64,000 nt of DNA from Kiritimatiellia bacterium (GTDB lineage Bacteria; Verrucomicrobiota; Kiritimatiellia; RFP12; UBA1067), in contig JAFXEU010000082.1 of NCBI GenBank assembly GCA_017520845.1, forward strand, positions 1,483 to 65,482, written 5' to 3'. Positions 35,711 to 45,189 of this stretch are shown piece by piece; within the stretch, counting starts at the first letter, position 1; every line of letters begins with the position of its first letter. The notes beneath the pieces were generated by a model, which did no database searches, was not told the origin of the DNA, and saw only the letters and a program-made list of their open reading frames with translations. The translations under genes and the position numbers were made by a program.

Positions 35711-38700
35711 ATGAAAATACGTTTGTTTTTTGCTGCAACGATTGCTGCTTTCTCTGCGTTGGCTGCATTTAAAGAAGGAAAAACTCTTATCCCCGCTGAA
35801 TGGAAGGGTAAGAGCGTTCGCTATGAGCAGAAGCTCGCCTTTTGCGAGGTGGATGTTATGGTGAACGGAAAGAAGGCCGGTACCGCGTATGCGCCGGACG
35901 GTACGGTCGAACTTGCGCCGTTACTTAAATATGGCGTCGAGAACGAAATCACGACCATTGAACGCAAGGCGGACGCGTACTACGGACGCGGCGACGAGCC
36001 TTCAGGCGCGAGGCGCGACGGAAGGCACCGTCTTTCCGCCGCCGCGCTTGTGCCGCGCAGCGTCGCGTGGATTGATGATTTTTTTGCGCGTCCTTCGTGG
36101 CGCGAGAAGAAACTTTTCGTCGAGGTTGAGATTGAGTCCCTTGATCGCGTGCGCGCCGTCGTTGAAGTCGAGCTTTCTGACTTGCAAGGCTCTCCGGTTC
36201 TTAAGCGGGCTAAAAAAATCTCCGAACTTGAAAAGGGCTCCAATGTCGTGACGGTTGAATTGCCGTGGACGGACGATATCGTCGCATGGGAGCCTGTCGC
36301 CAATGCCAAAACTTACGATTGCAGAGTAAAAATGGCGGTTGGCGGCAAGGAATGCGATTCACGCCGTCCGCGTTCGATGATCGGCTTTCGCGAGATCTGG
36401 CGCGAGGGCAAGGAGATCATGCTCAACGGTCATGTGCAGCGGTTTCGCGGCTTTTGGAATCAGGGGCTTCCGGCAAACGCGTCGGATGTTCATCTTTACG
36501 GCTACAACCTTTCGTACGAGACGCATAAGCATTGGGCGTATTGGTGGGAGAATGAGGGAGATCTTGCCCGTAAGTCTTCCGTGGGAATTGCGGTATTTAC
36601 GGGTATGCCGTCGATTTATTACGTTCATGAAGCGATCCGCCGCGACCCCAAGTGCACAGAGCAGTTTAAGCGTTCGCTTAAGTCTTGGATGCGTTCCTGG
36701 CGCAACTATCCGTGCATTGTGGCCGCCTCTACCGGCGTCAACCAGATATGCCCCGAGCGCAATATGCGCCCCGAGATCCTCGGGCAGGTGCGCGAAGAGG
36801 GCGGAGTCGTGGACAATATCGAGTTCGCCGCCGCGATTGCCCGCGAGATGAACCCCAACTGCCTGTACTTCTCGCATGCCGACGGTACCGAGGCCGATAT
36901 CTCCTCTTCGAATCTTTATTTCAACTTTACACCCCTCCAAGAGCGCGAAGAATGGCTTTCGCAGTGGGCGACGAACGGGATTCTCCCCTGGTACGCCGCA
37001 GAGTTCGGCGCTCCGTACTACGCCTGTTGGTTTCACAGCCGTGTTCCCGAGATGACGGAGTGGCTTGCCGTTTACTATGGCGAGCGGGCATACGAATTGG
37101 AGAGCGATAAAATGCTCGTTCACACCCGGGATTTCGCGAAAAGTTGCCTTAGGTTCACTCACGGCGGCTGGGTTGAGCCCGGACGGCGCGATCTCTATCA
37201 CTTTCATCCGCTCGCGGAGGAGTTCTCTCGCCTGCTCGTTGGACGGGTCAACCGCGCGTGGCGCACATACGGTCAGAACGGCGGGCTTATGTATCTTCAG
37301 TCCTGGGCGTGGGATAAGCCGAACGTTATCCGGGAGCGCCAGTGTGTGGCGAACGGCGATTTCGTAGCGTACATCGGCGGATATCCCGAGCCTACGGATA
37401 AGACGCATGCTTACCGGCCGGGAGATGAGGTTAGAAAAAATCTCGTTTTTGTTTGGGACGGCCTCGGAGAAAATGAAGTCACCGCCAAATGGCGCATAGA
37501 GGAAATAGGCGGCGGCGTCGTCGCCTCCGGCGTTAAGAAGGTCAAACTGAATCAAGGTGATATCAGGCTTCAGCCGGTTGCGTTTAAAACCACTGACGTA
37601 AATGCCGAAAAACGCTATCGCCTTTCTGCGGAGTTTTCGACAGCGAAGGATGGAGACAATCCGGCCAATGCCACCGTAAAATCCGATTCGGTAGAATTTG
37701 AAATTTATGCCAAGCGTCTCCCCCGCGCGTGGAAAGGCGCACCGGTGGCGCTCTTTGATCCTGCGGGAAAAACATCCCCGATCCTTGATGGTTTCGGCAT
37801 AAAGTACGTTAAAGTCAATTCGCTCGGCGATCTCCCGAAGAATACGGAGCGCCTTATTGTCGGTTGGCGGGCTCTTTCGTCGGCGCAGGGGCTGGAGAAG
37901 CTTACGCCGCGTGTGGAAGAAGGGCTTAAAATTCTCGTCATGCAGCAAACGGCTGATGTTTGGCAGTCGCTCGGTTTCACGGTTGAGGATTCCATGGCGC
38001 GACAGATGTACAACGTGTCGCTCGAACGTGTCGCCGACCGGGATCTCGGGTACTGGGCTGGTGCGCCGGTCGAGGACGCGGTATTCGGAAATGTGATGAA
38101 GCACGAGACGCGGCGTGGGCCGCGCTGGACGCATACGCATGCCGTTTCGGCGACGCCGATTTTAATTCCGCAGAAAGCGGGGTTCCGTCCGCTTGTCCGA
38201 GGCGAATTTGACATGTCATACACGGCGCTTATGGAGGAGGTGACGGGTGAGGGTTCCGTCACATTCTGCGCGTTTGACTTTGAAGGGCGGACGGAAAAGT
38301 GTCCTGCCGCCTGGCGCGTCGCATCGGCGACGATAGAGCGCTTTCTCCATGGTGAGACTTCCGCGCCGACGAGAGTCTACACTTTAGGAAAGGCGGCTGA
38401 GAGGTTGGCGAAGACGATGTCCATTGAAAGCTCGCCGTACAAAGGCGGTGTGCTTGATAATGCGGAGCTTCTCATCGTTGGGCCGGACTCGGAAGTCGAC
38501 TTCGCAAAAATTGAGAAGTCCGTCGGGTCGGGCCGTGCGTACATCTTCGGAAATCAACAGCTCGCAATCGAGGCCGGGATCGCCGATTCTACTGGCGTAG
38601 TATACAGGGTGCGAAATTTTAAATCTCTTCCCGCTTCCGTTTTTAGAGGCGTAGGCCCTTCGCTTCTCAGGTGGCGCGACGGAGTTAAAGTGTCGCGCTT

Positions 38701-39673
38701 TAAGTCCGCAAAGGGATTTTCGGTGTGCGGTGACGGGCTTTTCGCGGTGAAGGGTCCTATCGTGTTTGACGCGATCGATCCGTTCCAGGCGTGCGACCGC
38801 TATCGGTCGGCCGGAGGAAAGGCGGCCGTGCTTAACCGCGGCGGATGGGGGTCTGTCCCCAAGGGCGAAAAGGACCTGTACCTGCGCAGCTCGTCGCAGA
38901 GCGAGGACAACGACATGCGTCGCTTAGCGATCGTCTTCGGCAATTTTGGCGTTGGCGCCGAGAGTAAGGTTTTTGCCCGCTCACTTTACACAAAGCCTGC
39001 TGAAAAGTATGAACCGATAGCCCAGTACAATGTGCTCGGGCCGTGGCCGAGCGAAAAGGACGACGATCACTACATGGTCGACACGATCTTCCCGGTCGAC
39101 GAATCGAAGGGTGGCGATTCCGGCGCATTCGCCGAGGAGATGGCGATAAAGGGCGATGTCCAGCCGAATCCGCGTTTCCATCCGCTCGGGCTCAAGTATC
39201 TCGACGAGACGCCCGAGGATCTTCGATTCCTCGACTGGCGTCCCGTCGTGAAGTCGCGCGCGGACGGATACGTCGACTATGCGACGGCTCATCCCCTCAT
39301 CGCCGCGCAGAGTTTCTGCACCTGTTATTGCGTGGGGTTCTTCAAGCGTAGAACGGCGGGCGAGATAACGGTGCGCTTCGGCGTCGACTGGCGCGGCAAG
39401 ATATGGGTCAACGGCAAGGCGTTCGATCCCGTCTACGGCGGGCACAAGGACGAAGGCTCTGTCATCTACGAGCGCGTTCCGGTGAAAGCGGGCGACAACT
39501 ACATTACGGTGAAAGCGGGGTGCGGTCAGTCGGTAAAGGCGTTCTGGCTCAATATCAGCCATGAGCCTCAGCCCGGCGAGGTTGTGCGCACGCAAGTTCC
39601 CGAACTTGATGATATCGAACTTTACGAGTCGGCCAATCCGCGTTTCGATCCTTATGAATATGTCTATTGGTGA
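35711..39673 (+). CDS. secreted GH2-like glycoside hydrolase (paralog B) with extra C-terminal beta-sandwich
   Basis: Signal MKIRLFFAATIAAFSALAA. MIGFREIWREGKEIMLNGHVQRFRGFW and NPNCLYFSHADGTEADISSSNLYFNFTPLQEREEW align with paralog A (NPNVLYFSHSDGSTGEIASANLYFNWVPLQERIEW). Ends DPYEYVYW. Confidence 0.8.
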   Translation: MKIRLFFAATIAAFSALAAFKEGKTLIPAEWKGKSVRYEQKLAFCEVDVMVNGKKAGTAYAPDGTVELAPLLKYGVENEITTIERKADAYYGRGDEPSGARRDGRHRLSAAALVPRSVAWIDDFFARPSWREKKLFVEVEIESLDRVRAVVEVELSDLQGSPVLKRAKKISELEKGSNVVTVELPWTDDIVAWEPVANAKTYDCRVKMAVGGKECDSRRPRSMIGFREIWREGKEIMLNGHVQRFRGFWNQGLPANASDVHLYGYNLSYETHKHWAYWWENEGDLARKSSVGIAVFTGMPSIYYVHEAIRRDPKCTEQFKRSLKSWMRSWRNYPCIVAASTGVNQICPERNMRPEILGQVREEGGVVDNIEFAAAIAREMNPNCLYFSHADGTEADISSSNLYFNFTPLQEREEWLSQWATNGILPWYAAEFGAPYYACWFHSRVPEMTEWLAVYYGERAYELESDKMLVHTRDFAKSCLRFTHGGWVEPGRRDLYHFHPLAEEFSRLLVGRVNRAWRTYGQNGGLMYLQSWAWDKPNVIRERQCVANGDFVAYIGGYPEPTDKTHAYRPGDEVRKNLVFVWDGLGENEVTAKWRIEEIGGGVVASGVKKVKLNQGDIRLQPVAFKTTDVNAEKRYRLSAEFSTAKDGDNPANATVKSDSVEFEIYAKRLPRAWKGAPVALFDPAGKTSPILDGFGIKYVKVNSLGDLPKNTERLIVGWRALSSAQGLEKLTPRVEEGLKILVMQQTADVWQSLGFTVEDSMARQMYNVSLERVADRDLGYWAGAPVEDAVFGNVMKHETRRGPRWTHTHAVSATPILIPQKAGFRPLVRGEFDMSYTALMEEVTGEGSVTFCAFDFEGRTEKCPAAWRVASATIERFLHGETSAPTRVYTLGKAAERLAKTMSIESSPYKGGVLDNAELLIVGPDSEVDFAKIEKSVGSGRAYIFGNQQLAIEAGIADSTGVVYRVRNFKSLPASVFRGVGPSLLRWRDGVKVSRFKSAKGFSVCGDGLFAVKGPIVFDAIDPFQACDRYRSAGGKAAVLNRGGWGSVPKGEKDLYLRSSSQSEDNDMRRLAIVFGNFGVGAESKVFARSLYTKPAEKYEPIAQYNVLGPWPSEKDDDHYMVDTIFPVDESKGGDSGAFAEEMAIKGDVQPNPRFHPLGLKYLDETPEDLRFLDWRPVVKSRADGYVDYATAHPLIAAQSFCTCYCVGFFKRRTAGEITVRFGVDWRGKIWVNGKAFDPVYGGHKDEGSVIYERVPVKAGDNYITVKAGCGQSVKAFWLNISHEPQPGEVVRTQVPELDDIELYESANPRFDPYEYVYW

Positions 39674-39730
39674 TTCATATTGCGCATCGCCGGATATGGC
39701 AAGAAAAAACGGCATTCAAGGTGCAAAGAT

Positions 39731-41119
39731 ATGAAAATAAGTATAGTGGCGGCATTTGTTCTGTCCGCAGCGTGCGTAGCAAACGCAGACGAGAAGACTA
39801 AAGCGGTTTCTCCAATGCCTATACAACGTACGATGAACGCGCTTGAAAAATCGACAGCCTCTCATCCATCCCGCGTAAGAATGCTCTTTTACGGGCAATC
39901 CATAGTTGGGCAGGGCTGGCACACGAACATCGTCCGTCAACTCAAGGAACGATATCCGACGGCCGTTCTCGAAGTCGAAAACCGTGCGATAGGCGGTTTC
40001 ACTTCGCCGGATCTCATCAGGACCGCAGAAAGCGATCTCTACTCGTTCTATCCCGATATACTTTTCTTCCACGTCTACGGCCCTACTGATAAGTACGAGG
40101 AGATAATCCGTAAAGTCAGGGCGACGACGACGGCGGAAATCGTTCTTTGGACGAGCCATCTCGAAAAGAAAGAGTGCGAGACGCGCGAATCGATTGAGGC
40201 TATTCTTGCAAATCCGGACGAGCGATCAAAGGCGATTGAGGATATAGCGGCGCGTCACGGATGCCTGTTTATAGACCTGCGAAAGAAATGGTGCAGAATG
40301 ATGCTTGATACCGGCGTCGGATATGATAAACTTTTGAAAGACGGCATACATCTTAATGCTGAAGGACCTGCGTTCTGCTATTATTCGAATTTCATCGCCG
40401 AGGAGCTTGTTCGGGTTCCCGCCGCGAACGGACTAGCGGAGTTCAGCGGCACGATTACTGAAATTCCAGTTACCGACGGCCGCGTCAGATCGGGTCCGGG
40501 CGGTTCGCTCGTTCTTGAGTTTGACGGCAATCGCGTAGTTGCCGTTTCCGACGGGACGGGCTGCGGGGTGTCAGACGTGCTCTTGGATTCCAAACCTCCG
40601 CAGGAATATCCCGAAATGTATTTCACGACAAGACCGTCGAAGATTGTTTCGTGGATGCCGATGATCAAGCATGTGGAGACAGTCCCCGGCGTATGTCCCG
40701 TCGCGGAGGATTGGACGTTGACGTACATCGAAGGTACGAAGCCACTCGGAGACCCTGTTCGGTACAAGGTTGAGGGAAGCGTCACCGGTTTTGACGGGGA
40801 GGGCTGGAACACGAATGATTTCAAGTCGGTATCCGGTCGTGTTGTGATAAACAAGTCTGATTTCCATACGTGGCAATACAGATATTTCATCAAGGAGTGC
40901 AACGGAGATAAGTCGCTTGATTCCGCGCCCGGACAGACGATAACATGGTCGACGAGGCCTTTGTTCGCAAATCCTTTCGCGGGCGGCAAAAAGGATGAGC
41001 GCACGACGATAGTTCAGAATTGCTCAAACGGGAGGCATATTCTTTCGATAACTCCCGCCGACGGGGGCAGGATCGGCATAAAGTCGTTTATCGTTTATAC
41101 TCCGGCAAGGAGGCAATAA
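39731..41119 (+). CDS. SGNH/GDSL-type hydrolase (esterase) with C-terminal beta-rich domain
   Basis: Signal MKISIVAAFVLSAACVANA. Block I is LFYGQSIVGQG, block II is NRAIGGF, and block V is DGIHLN. ATG 39731 is preferred over the 39680 start of the track ORF. Confidence 0.85.
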   Translation: MKISIVAAFVLSAACVANADEKTKAVSPMPIQRTMNALEKSTASHPSRVRMLFYGQSIVGQGWHTNIVRQLKERYPTAVLEVENRAIGGFTSPDLIRTAESDLYSFYPDILFFHVYGPTDKYEEIIRKVRATTTAEIVLWTSHLEKKECETRESIEAILANPDERSKAIEDIAARHGCLFIDLRKKWCRMMLDTGVGYDKLLKDGIHLNAEGPAFCYYSNFIAEELVRVPAANGLAEFSGTITEIPVTDGRVRSGPGGSLVLEFDGNRVVAVSDGTGCGVSDVLLDSKPPQEYPEMYFTTRPSKIVSWMPMIKHVETVPGVCPVAEDWTLTYIEGTKPLGDPVRYKVEGSVTGFDGEGWNTNDFKSVSGRVVINKSDFHTWQYRYFIKECNGDKSLDSAPGQTITWSTRPLFANPFAGGKKDERTTIVQNCSNGRHILSITPADGGRIGIKSFIVYTPARRQ

Positions 41120-41203
41120 TGTTTATTGAGATGATTTTTGTTTAAAAAAAGCTTGAACGTCATTGAATAACTATATTTTTCATTGCATTTCTGCGACGCT
41201 TTT

Positions 41204-41212
41204 TAGTAAAAT
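41204..41212 (+). promoter_or_regulatory. -10 box TAgTAAAAT
   Basis: TAAAAT (41207-12) ends 7 nt before ATG 41220. Confidence 0.45.
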
Positions 41213-41219
41213 GCCATTT

Positions 41220-43064
41220 ATGAAAAATAGAATAGCATCATCTGTGTCGGTCTTAGTGCCGATAGTGGCGGCGACGATCGCGGCTTTTCCGCTGAATTCG
41301 TCGGCCGGTGTCGAGGATACCGTATGGAATGCTCAGCGCGAACGCGCGAAAGAGCTTAAAAAGGTCAATGCCAAGCGTCTTAGGGACGCGGGTGAGAAGG
41401 GCGATGTCGCGTATTTCGCGGTTCCCGCGATGAGCGAGGTGATGCGCCTCGACGATACATGGCCTGAAGACGGCGAGCTTAACGGAACCGTGAGATGCGT
41501 GCTCGCCAAGGGCGAGTTCGAGTCATGCTCGTTCCAGCTTTTTTCGTTCAGAGATTTTGATGATGTGGAGCTTAAGGTCGATCTGCCCGGGCTTAAAAAC
41601 GATATCCGCGTCGTAAAGCTCTGGTTCCAGAACGGCAACGGCTGGGTGAGCTACTTCGACGATACGGGCCTTAAGCTTACGCCCGAACTTCTGCTCCATG
41701 ACGAAAACCTCATCAAGGTGGTCAAGGACAAGGAGCCCGCAAACTACGCCCGCGTGCGCAAAGACGGCAAAGATAAGTACCATTGGATTTCGGCTCCTAA
41801 AAAGGCCGATTCGTACAACAGCGGTTTCAATCAGTACGATCAGGGCTTTTACGATGCCGACAAGCTTCTTCCCGTGTCGCTCGAGAAGGACTCCTTCAAG
41901 CAGTTCTTCATCACCGTAAACGCCGACAAGAATCAGAAGAGCGGTATTTACAAGGGTAAGGTTACCGTCACGCGCAAGGGCAAAACGCTCGCTACCGTTC
42001 CGCTGTCGGTCAGAGTTCTTCCCTTCGAGCTCCCGATGCCTAAAGGCTATCTCGAACCCGAGAAGCCCTATCTTCACTCGTGCATGGGCGCGATGCCCAA
42101 CCTCGGCCGCCTTACCGCCGCCTTGGGCGACGCGGAAAAGGCGAAGACTTATTATTTAGGCCGTCTTAAATCGCTTTACGAGCACTCCGTCTTCCACGCG
42201 CCTTACATCTACGAGGGTGATTTCGAGCGTCAGAAATGGATCGTGGATTCGTTGCGCAAAATCGGTTTTCCCCTTGATGTCGTGATCTGCAATCCGAGGG
42301 TTCCGTGGTTCGCTCTCAATTTCGGCGGACGCATGAGCTGGCGGAATTACTACGATTCCGTCGTTTCGGCGCGCGAGTGCAGGGAGTATTACGATAAGCT
42401 TCTTCCCGGTTCGACAATTCTCTGCGCCCACGGCGACGAGCAGGGTACCGCTTTCGTGACGGCTCACCGCGAGTTGTTCCGCGAATACGAAAAGCAAGGC
42501 ATTCACATGGGTTGCGCCGGCCACGACGCGCTTTTGTACAAGGGCGGTTACGCTTATTCGTTCATGCCTCTCGGAACATCTCCTGACGCCATGATCAGTA
42601 AAACGCGTCCATGGCGCGAAATCGGCAACACCTGGCTCGGCTTTTACGCCGCTCAGCATACGGCCAGCGAGAATCCCCAGTTCGTCCGCCGCCAGCACGG
42701 TCTTTTGGGCTGGCTCAACGGTGCGACGATGTCGTATAACTACGAGTTCGCCATCGGCAGCTTCAACGACCGCGCCAACGTCCTTTACCGTCCGATGGTC
42801 GTTTCGTACGCCGACAGCAAGGGGCTGATGGAGACTATTCAGTACGCCGGCTTCCGTGAGGCCTGCGACGATATCCGCTATGCGACGTATCTGAGGCAGC
42901 TCGCCGACGAGTCGATCGCCAAGGGCGATGTCGATGCGCGGCTTTTGGCGAAGAAGGCCCGCATGTATCTGGCGATGCTTAATCGCGACTCGGTCGATCT
43001 GAATCTCGCCCGCCTTGAAATGATCGAATATATCCTTAAGATGCGCGAGGCGCTCGGCAAGTAA
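41220..43064 (+). CDS. secreted hypothetical protein, DUF4091/GH-like (tentative)
   Basis: Signal MKNRIASSVSVLVPIVAATIAAFP. Patterns LAKGEFESCSFQLFS...VELKV and VRVLPFELP resemble DUF4091-type putative glycanases. Assignment is from memory only. Confidence 0.7.
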   Translation: MKNRIASSVSVLVPIVAATIAAFPLNSSAGVEDTVWNAQRERAKELKKVNAKRLRDAGEKGDVAYFAVPAMSEVMRLDDTWPEDGELNGTVRCVLAKGEFESCSFQLFSFRDFDDVELKVDLPGLKNDIRVVKLWFQNGNGWVSYFDDTGLKLTPELLLHDENLIKVVKDKEPANYARVRKDGKDKYHWISAPKKADSYNSGFNQYDQGFYDADKLLPVSLEKDSFKQFFITVNADKNQKSGIYKGKVTVTRKGKTLATVPLSVRVLPFELPMPKGYLEPEKPYLHSCMGAMPNLGRLTAALGDAEKAKTYYLGRLKSLYEHSVFHAPYIYEGDFERQKWIVDSLRKIGFPLDVVICNPRVPWFALNFGGRMSWRNYYDSVVSARECREYYDKLLPGSTILCAHGDEQGTAFVTAHRELFREYEKQGIHMGCAGHDALLYKGGYAYSFMPLGTSPDAMISKTRPWREIGNTWLGFYAAQHTASENPQFVRRQHGLLGWLNGATMSYNYEFAIGSFNDRANVLYRPMVVSYADSKGLMETIQYAGFREACDDIRYATYLRQLADESIAKGDVDARLLAKKARMYLAMLNRDSVDLNLARLEMIEYILKMREALGK

Positions 43065-43082
43065 CCAGTAAGGAGTTTTAAA

Positions 43083-45176
43083 ATGAAAAAGTTGTTGTTT
43101 GTATTTTCGTTGTTGACGGCCGCTTCGGTCGTCGCCGCTCCCGCGGCCAAAAAGCCTGTTAAGCCCGAGAAGGTCAGTCAGGAAGCCTGGAAAGCTCTTA
43201 AAAAGGAAACCGACGCTCTAATCAAAAAGAACTTCAAGGGCGGTTTCGCCAATTACTGGCATAACGACATCGACGCGGCCCGGGCGATGCTCGTCGAGGC
43301 TCTCGGCAAGGATGTCTACCTCAATAAGGAGAAAATCGAGATCTGCCGCCAGATCGCCAGATGCGATCTTGAGGCGACCCGCGATGTCGCGAGGGCCCTG
43401 GAAGCCGTAGAATATCCGTTTAAGGAGCTTAAGCTTTCCGAAGCCGACAAGGCTCTCGCCGAGCGTTGCCGCGATGACGTCAAGCGTCTTGTGGATTTCA
43501 ATCCCAAGAAGTCTCAGACCGCAGCCTCCAAGCCTAAAAAAGAGCGTGACGAGGCGGCGTATCAGGTCGAGTTCGCCAAGGCTAAAAAGCCGCACGGTTA
43601 TCACGGCGGTCTGATGCGCGATTATGTCGCGTACTGCAACAAGGCCTACGGCGCCAAGATGTTCGAGAAGCTCGGCGTCATGGTCGAGAAAAACTATGAG
43701 CTCAATACGAATTCCTACGCCCTGATTGAGGTTTTCAATAATATTTCAGGTACTTGGAAACCTACGGGGTATATGGCGACGGCCGATTGCGCCGAGCGAC
43801 TTATCGACTTTGTGGAGAAATACTCCTCAAAGATGAAGGCTCCCGACGCAAAGGCGAAATTTAAATATCTCTCCAAATATCCGCGGTTGAGCGACAAGGC
43901 TTATGCTTACGCGAAAGAATTTCTCAAGGAGAAAGTTCCCGAGAAAATGCACGAAGGCGCGAGGAAAAATCTTCTGAAGGATCGCGCCGAGGCGGCCCGT
44001 TACGTGGCTATCGCCGATGCTCTCGCCGACCCCGGTGATGCCGACGATATCTGCGAGGATTATCTTGAACTCATCGGCAGGAAGGGTGATAAGGTTGAGC
44101 TCGCCAAAGTGTACGAGACCGTCGCCAAGAGACTGGTGGCGCGCGGCGACGAAAAGGGCGCGAAGAAGATTCTCGCTTTTCACGCGAAGATCGTCCCTCC
44201 GCGCGAGCAGGTCAAGTGCGAATGCTTCTGGTGGAAGGACGCTCCCCGTTCTTTGACGGGCGTTCTCGAATCCGATGTCTTCAAGAAAGGCAAGAAGAGC
44301 TATCTCAACATCAAGTACGGCGAGAATCTCAAGTTTCTCATCGAGACCGACGCCGCGATCACCGGTCGCGAAATGACTCTTGACGACGGAAAGAAGTTCC
44401 GCTTCACGGAGTTCTTCTCGTATGCCGACGGCACCGGCGTGAGAATCATCATCAGAATGTATCTTGAGAATATGGATGATGTCAAGATGGGCATCGCCAA
44501 TCCTCCCGGGTTCGAGTCGTATGTCGCCACGGGAGTTGAAAATCCGTATCACTGCCTGATGTTCAATCCCGCCGAGGGCGGCGATGTCGACTCCAACTTC
44601 ATAACCCAATACGACAACATCACCGGTCACCGCACGGCGAAGGATGACTTCCGCATCGATTCGGTCTATCTTGACGATGGCGTCGCCTCGCTCATCACAT
44701 TCCCGTGGGAGACCGTCTTCGCGTCGATTCCGTCCGAAAAGACGCCCGCGTGGTATGTCGAGTTTATTCACTGGATCAAAGGCGGTTACAGCCTCGGCGG
44801 TTCTCCGTCGGTCCACAACCGTTCGTCCTTCGCCGAACTGAAGTTCACCGGTTTTGACAAGGAGGCCGACGCTATGATCAAGCGCAGACTTCTTTTCGCC
44901 GGGAAGAAGCGTTTCAACGCCTCGTGCGCCGCGCGCAGCAACGGCTACATCGAGAAGTGGCAGGATCCGGAACTGGGCGATCAGGAGTTTTATCTCGCCA
45001 AGGTAAAGCCTTTTGTCGCTTCGATCAACGCCTATACCGCCCGCATCAAGAAAGCGATGACGGACGATGAGGTTCTCGAGATTTACGCCGCGGTCGGCGA
45101 GAAGCTTTTCAACGCCAACTTCCTCGTCGAGGAAATGCGCCGCGAATGGCTCGAAAAGAAATACACAGGCGAATAA
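43083..45176 (+). CDS. secreted hypothetical protein (helical N-half, beta-sandwich C-half)
   Basis: SD AAGGAG upstream. Signal MKKLLFVFSLLTAASVVAAPA. No catalytic motif recognised. Confidence 0.75.
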   Translation: MKKLLFVFSLLTAASVVAAPAAKKPVKPEKVSQEAWKALKKETDALIKKNFKGGFANYWHNDIDAARAMLVEALGKDVYLNKEKIEICRQIARCDLEATRDVARALEAVEYPFKELKLSEADKALAERCRDDVKRLVDFNPKKSQTAASKPKKERDEAAYQVEFAKAKKPHGYHGGLMRDYVAYCNKAYGAKMFEKLGVMVEKNYELNTNSYALIEVFNNISGTWKPTGYMATADCAERLIDFVEKYSSKMKAPDAKAKFKYLSKYPRLSDKAYAYAKEFLKEKVPEKMHEGARKNLLKDRAEAARYVAIADALADPGDADDICEDYLELIGRKGDKVELAKVYETVAKRLVARGDEKGAKKILAFHAKIVPPREQVKCECFWWKDAPRSLTGVLESDVFKKGKKSYLNIKYGENLKFLIETDAAITGREMTLDDGKKFRFTEFFSYADGTGVRIIIRMYLENMDDVKMGIANPPGFESYVATGVENPYHCLMFNPAEGGDVDSNFITQYDNITGHRTAKDDFRIDSVYLDDGVASLITFPWETVFASIPSEKTPAWYVEFIHWIKGGYSLGGSPSVHNRSSFAELKFTGFDKEADAMIKRRLLFAGKKRFNASCAARSNGYIEKWQDPELGDQEFYLAKVKPFVASINAYTARIKKAMTDDEVLEIYAAVGEKLFNANFLVEEMRREWLEKKYTGE

Positions 45177-45189
45177 TCGGGTTGAAATC

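Noticed and set aside
36359-38140. 593-aa ORF on the minus strand inside GH2-like gene B. Similar long antisense ORFs occur at 23450-24787 (445 aa), 43827-45191 (454 aa), 48146-49189 (347 aa) and 37705-38262.
   Set aside because: Each lies fully antisense to a + strand ORF that carries a signal peptide and clear family motifs or paralogy. Their translations are Arg/Ala/Gly-rich with no motifs. Open antisense frames are expected where the sense codons avoid TTA/CTA/TCA.
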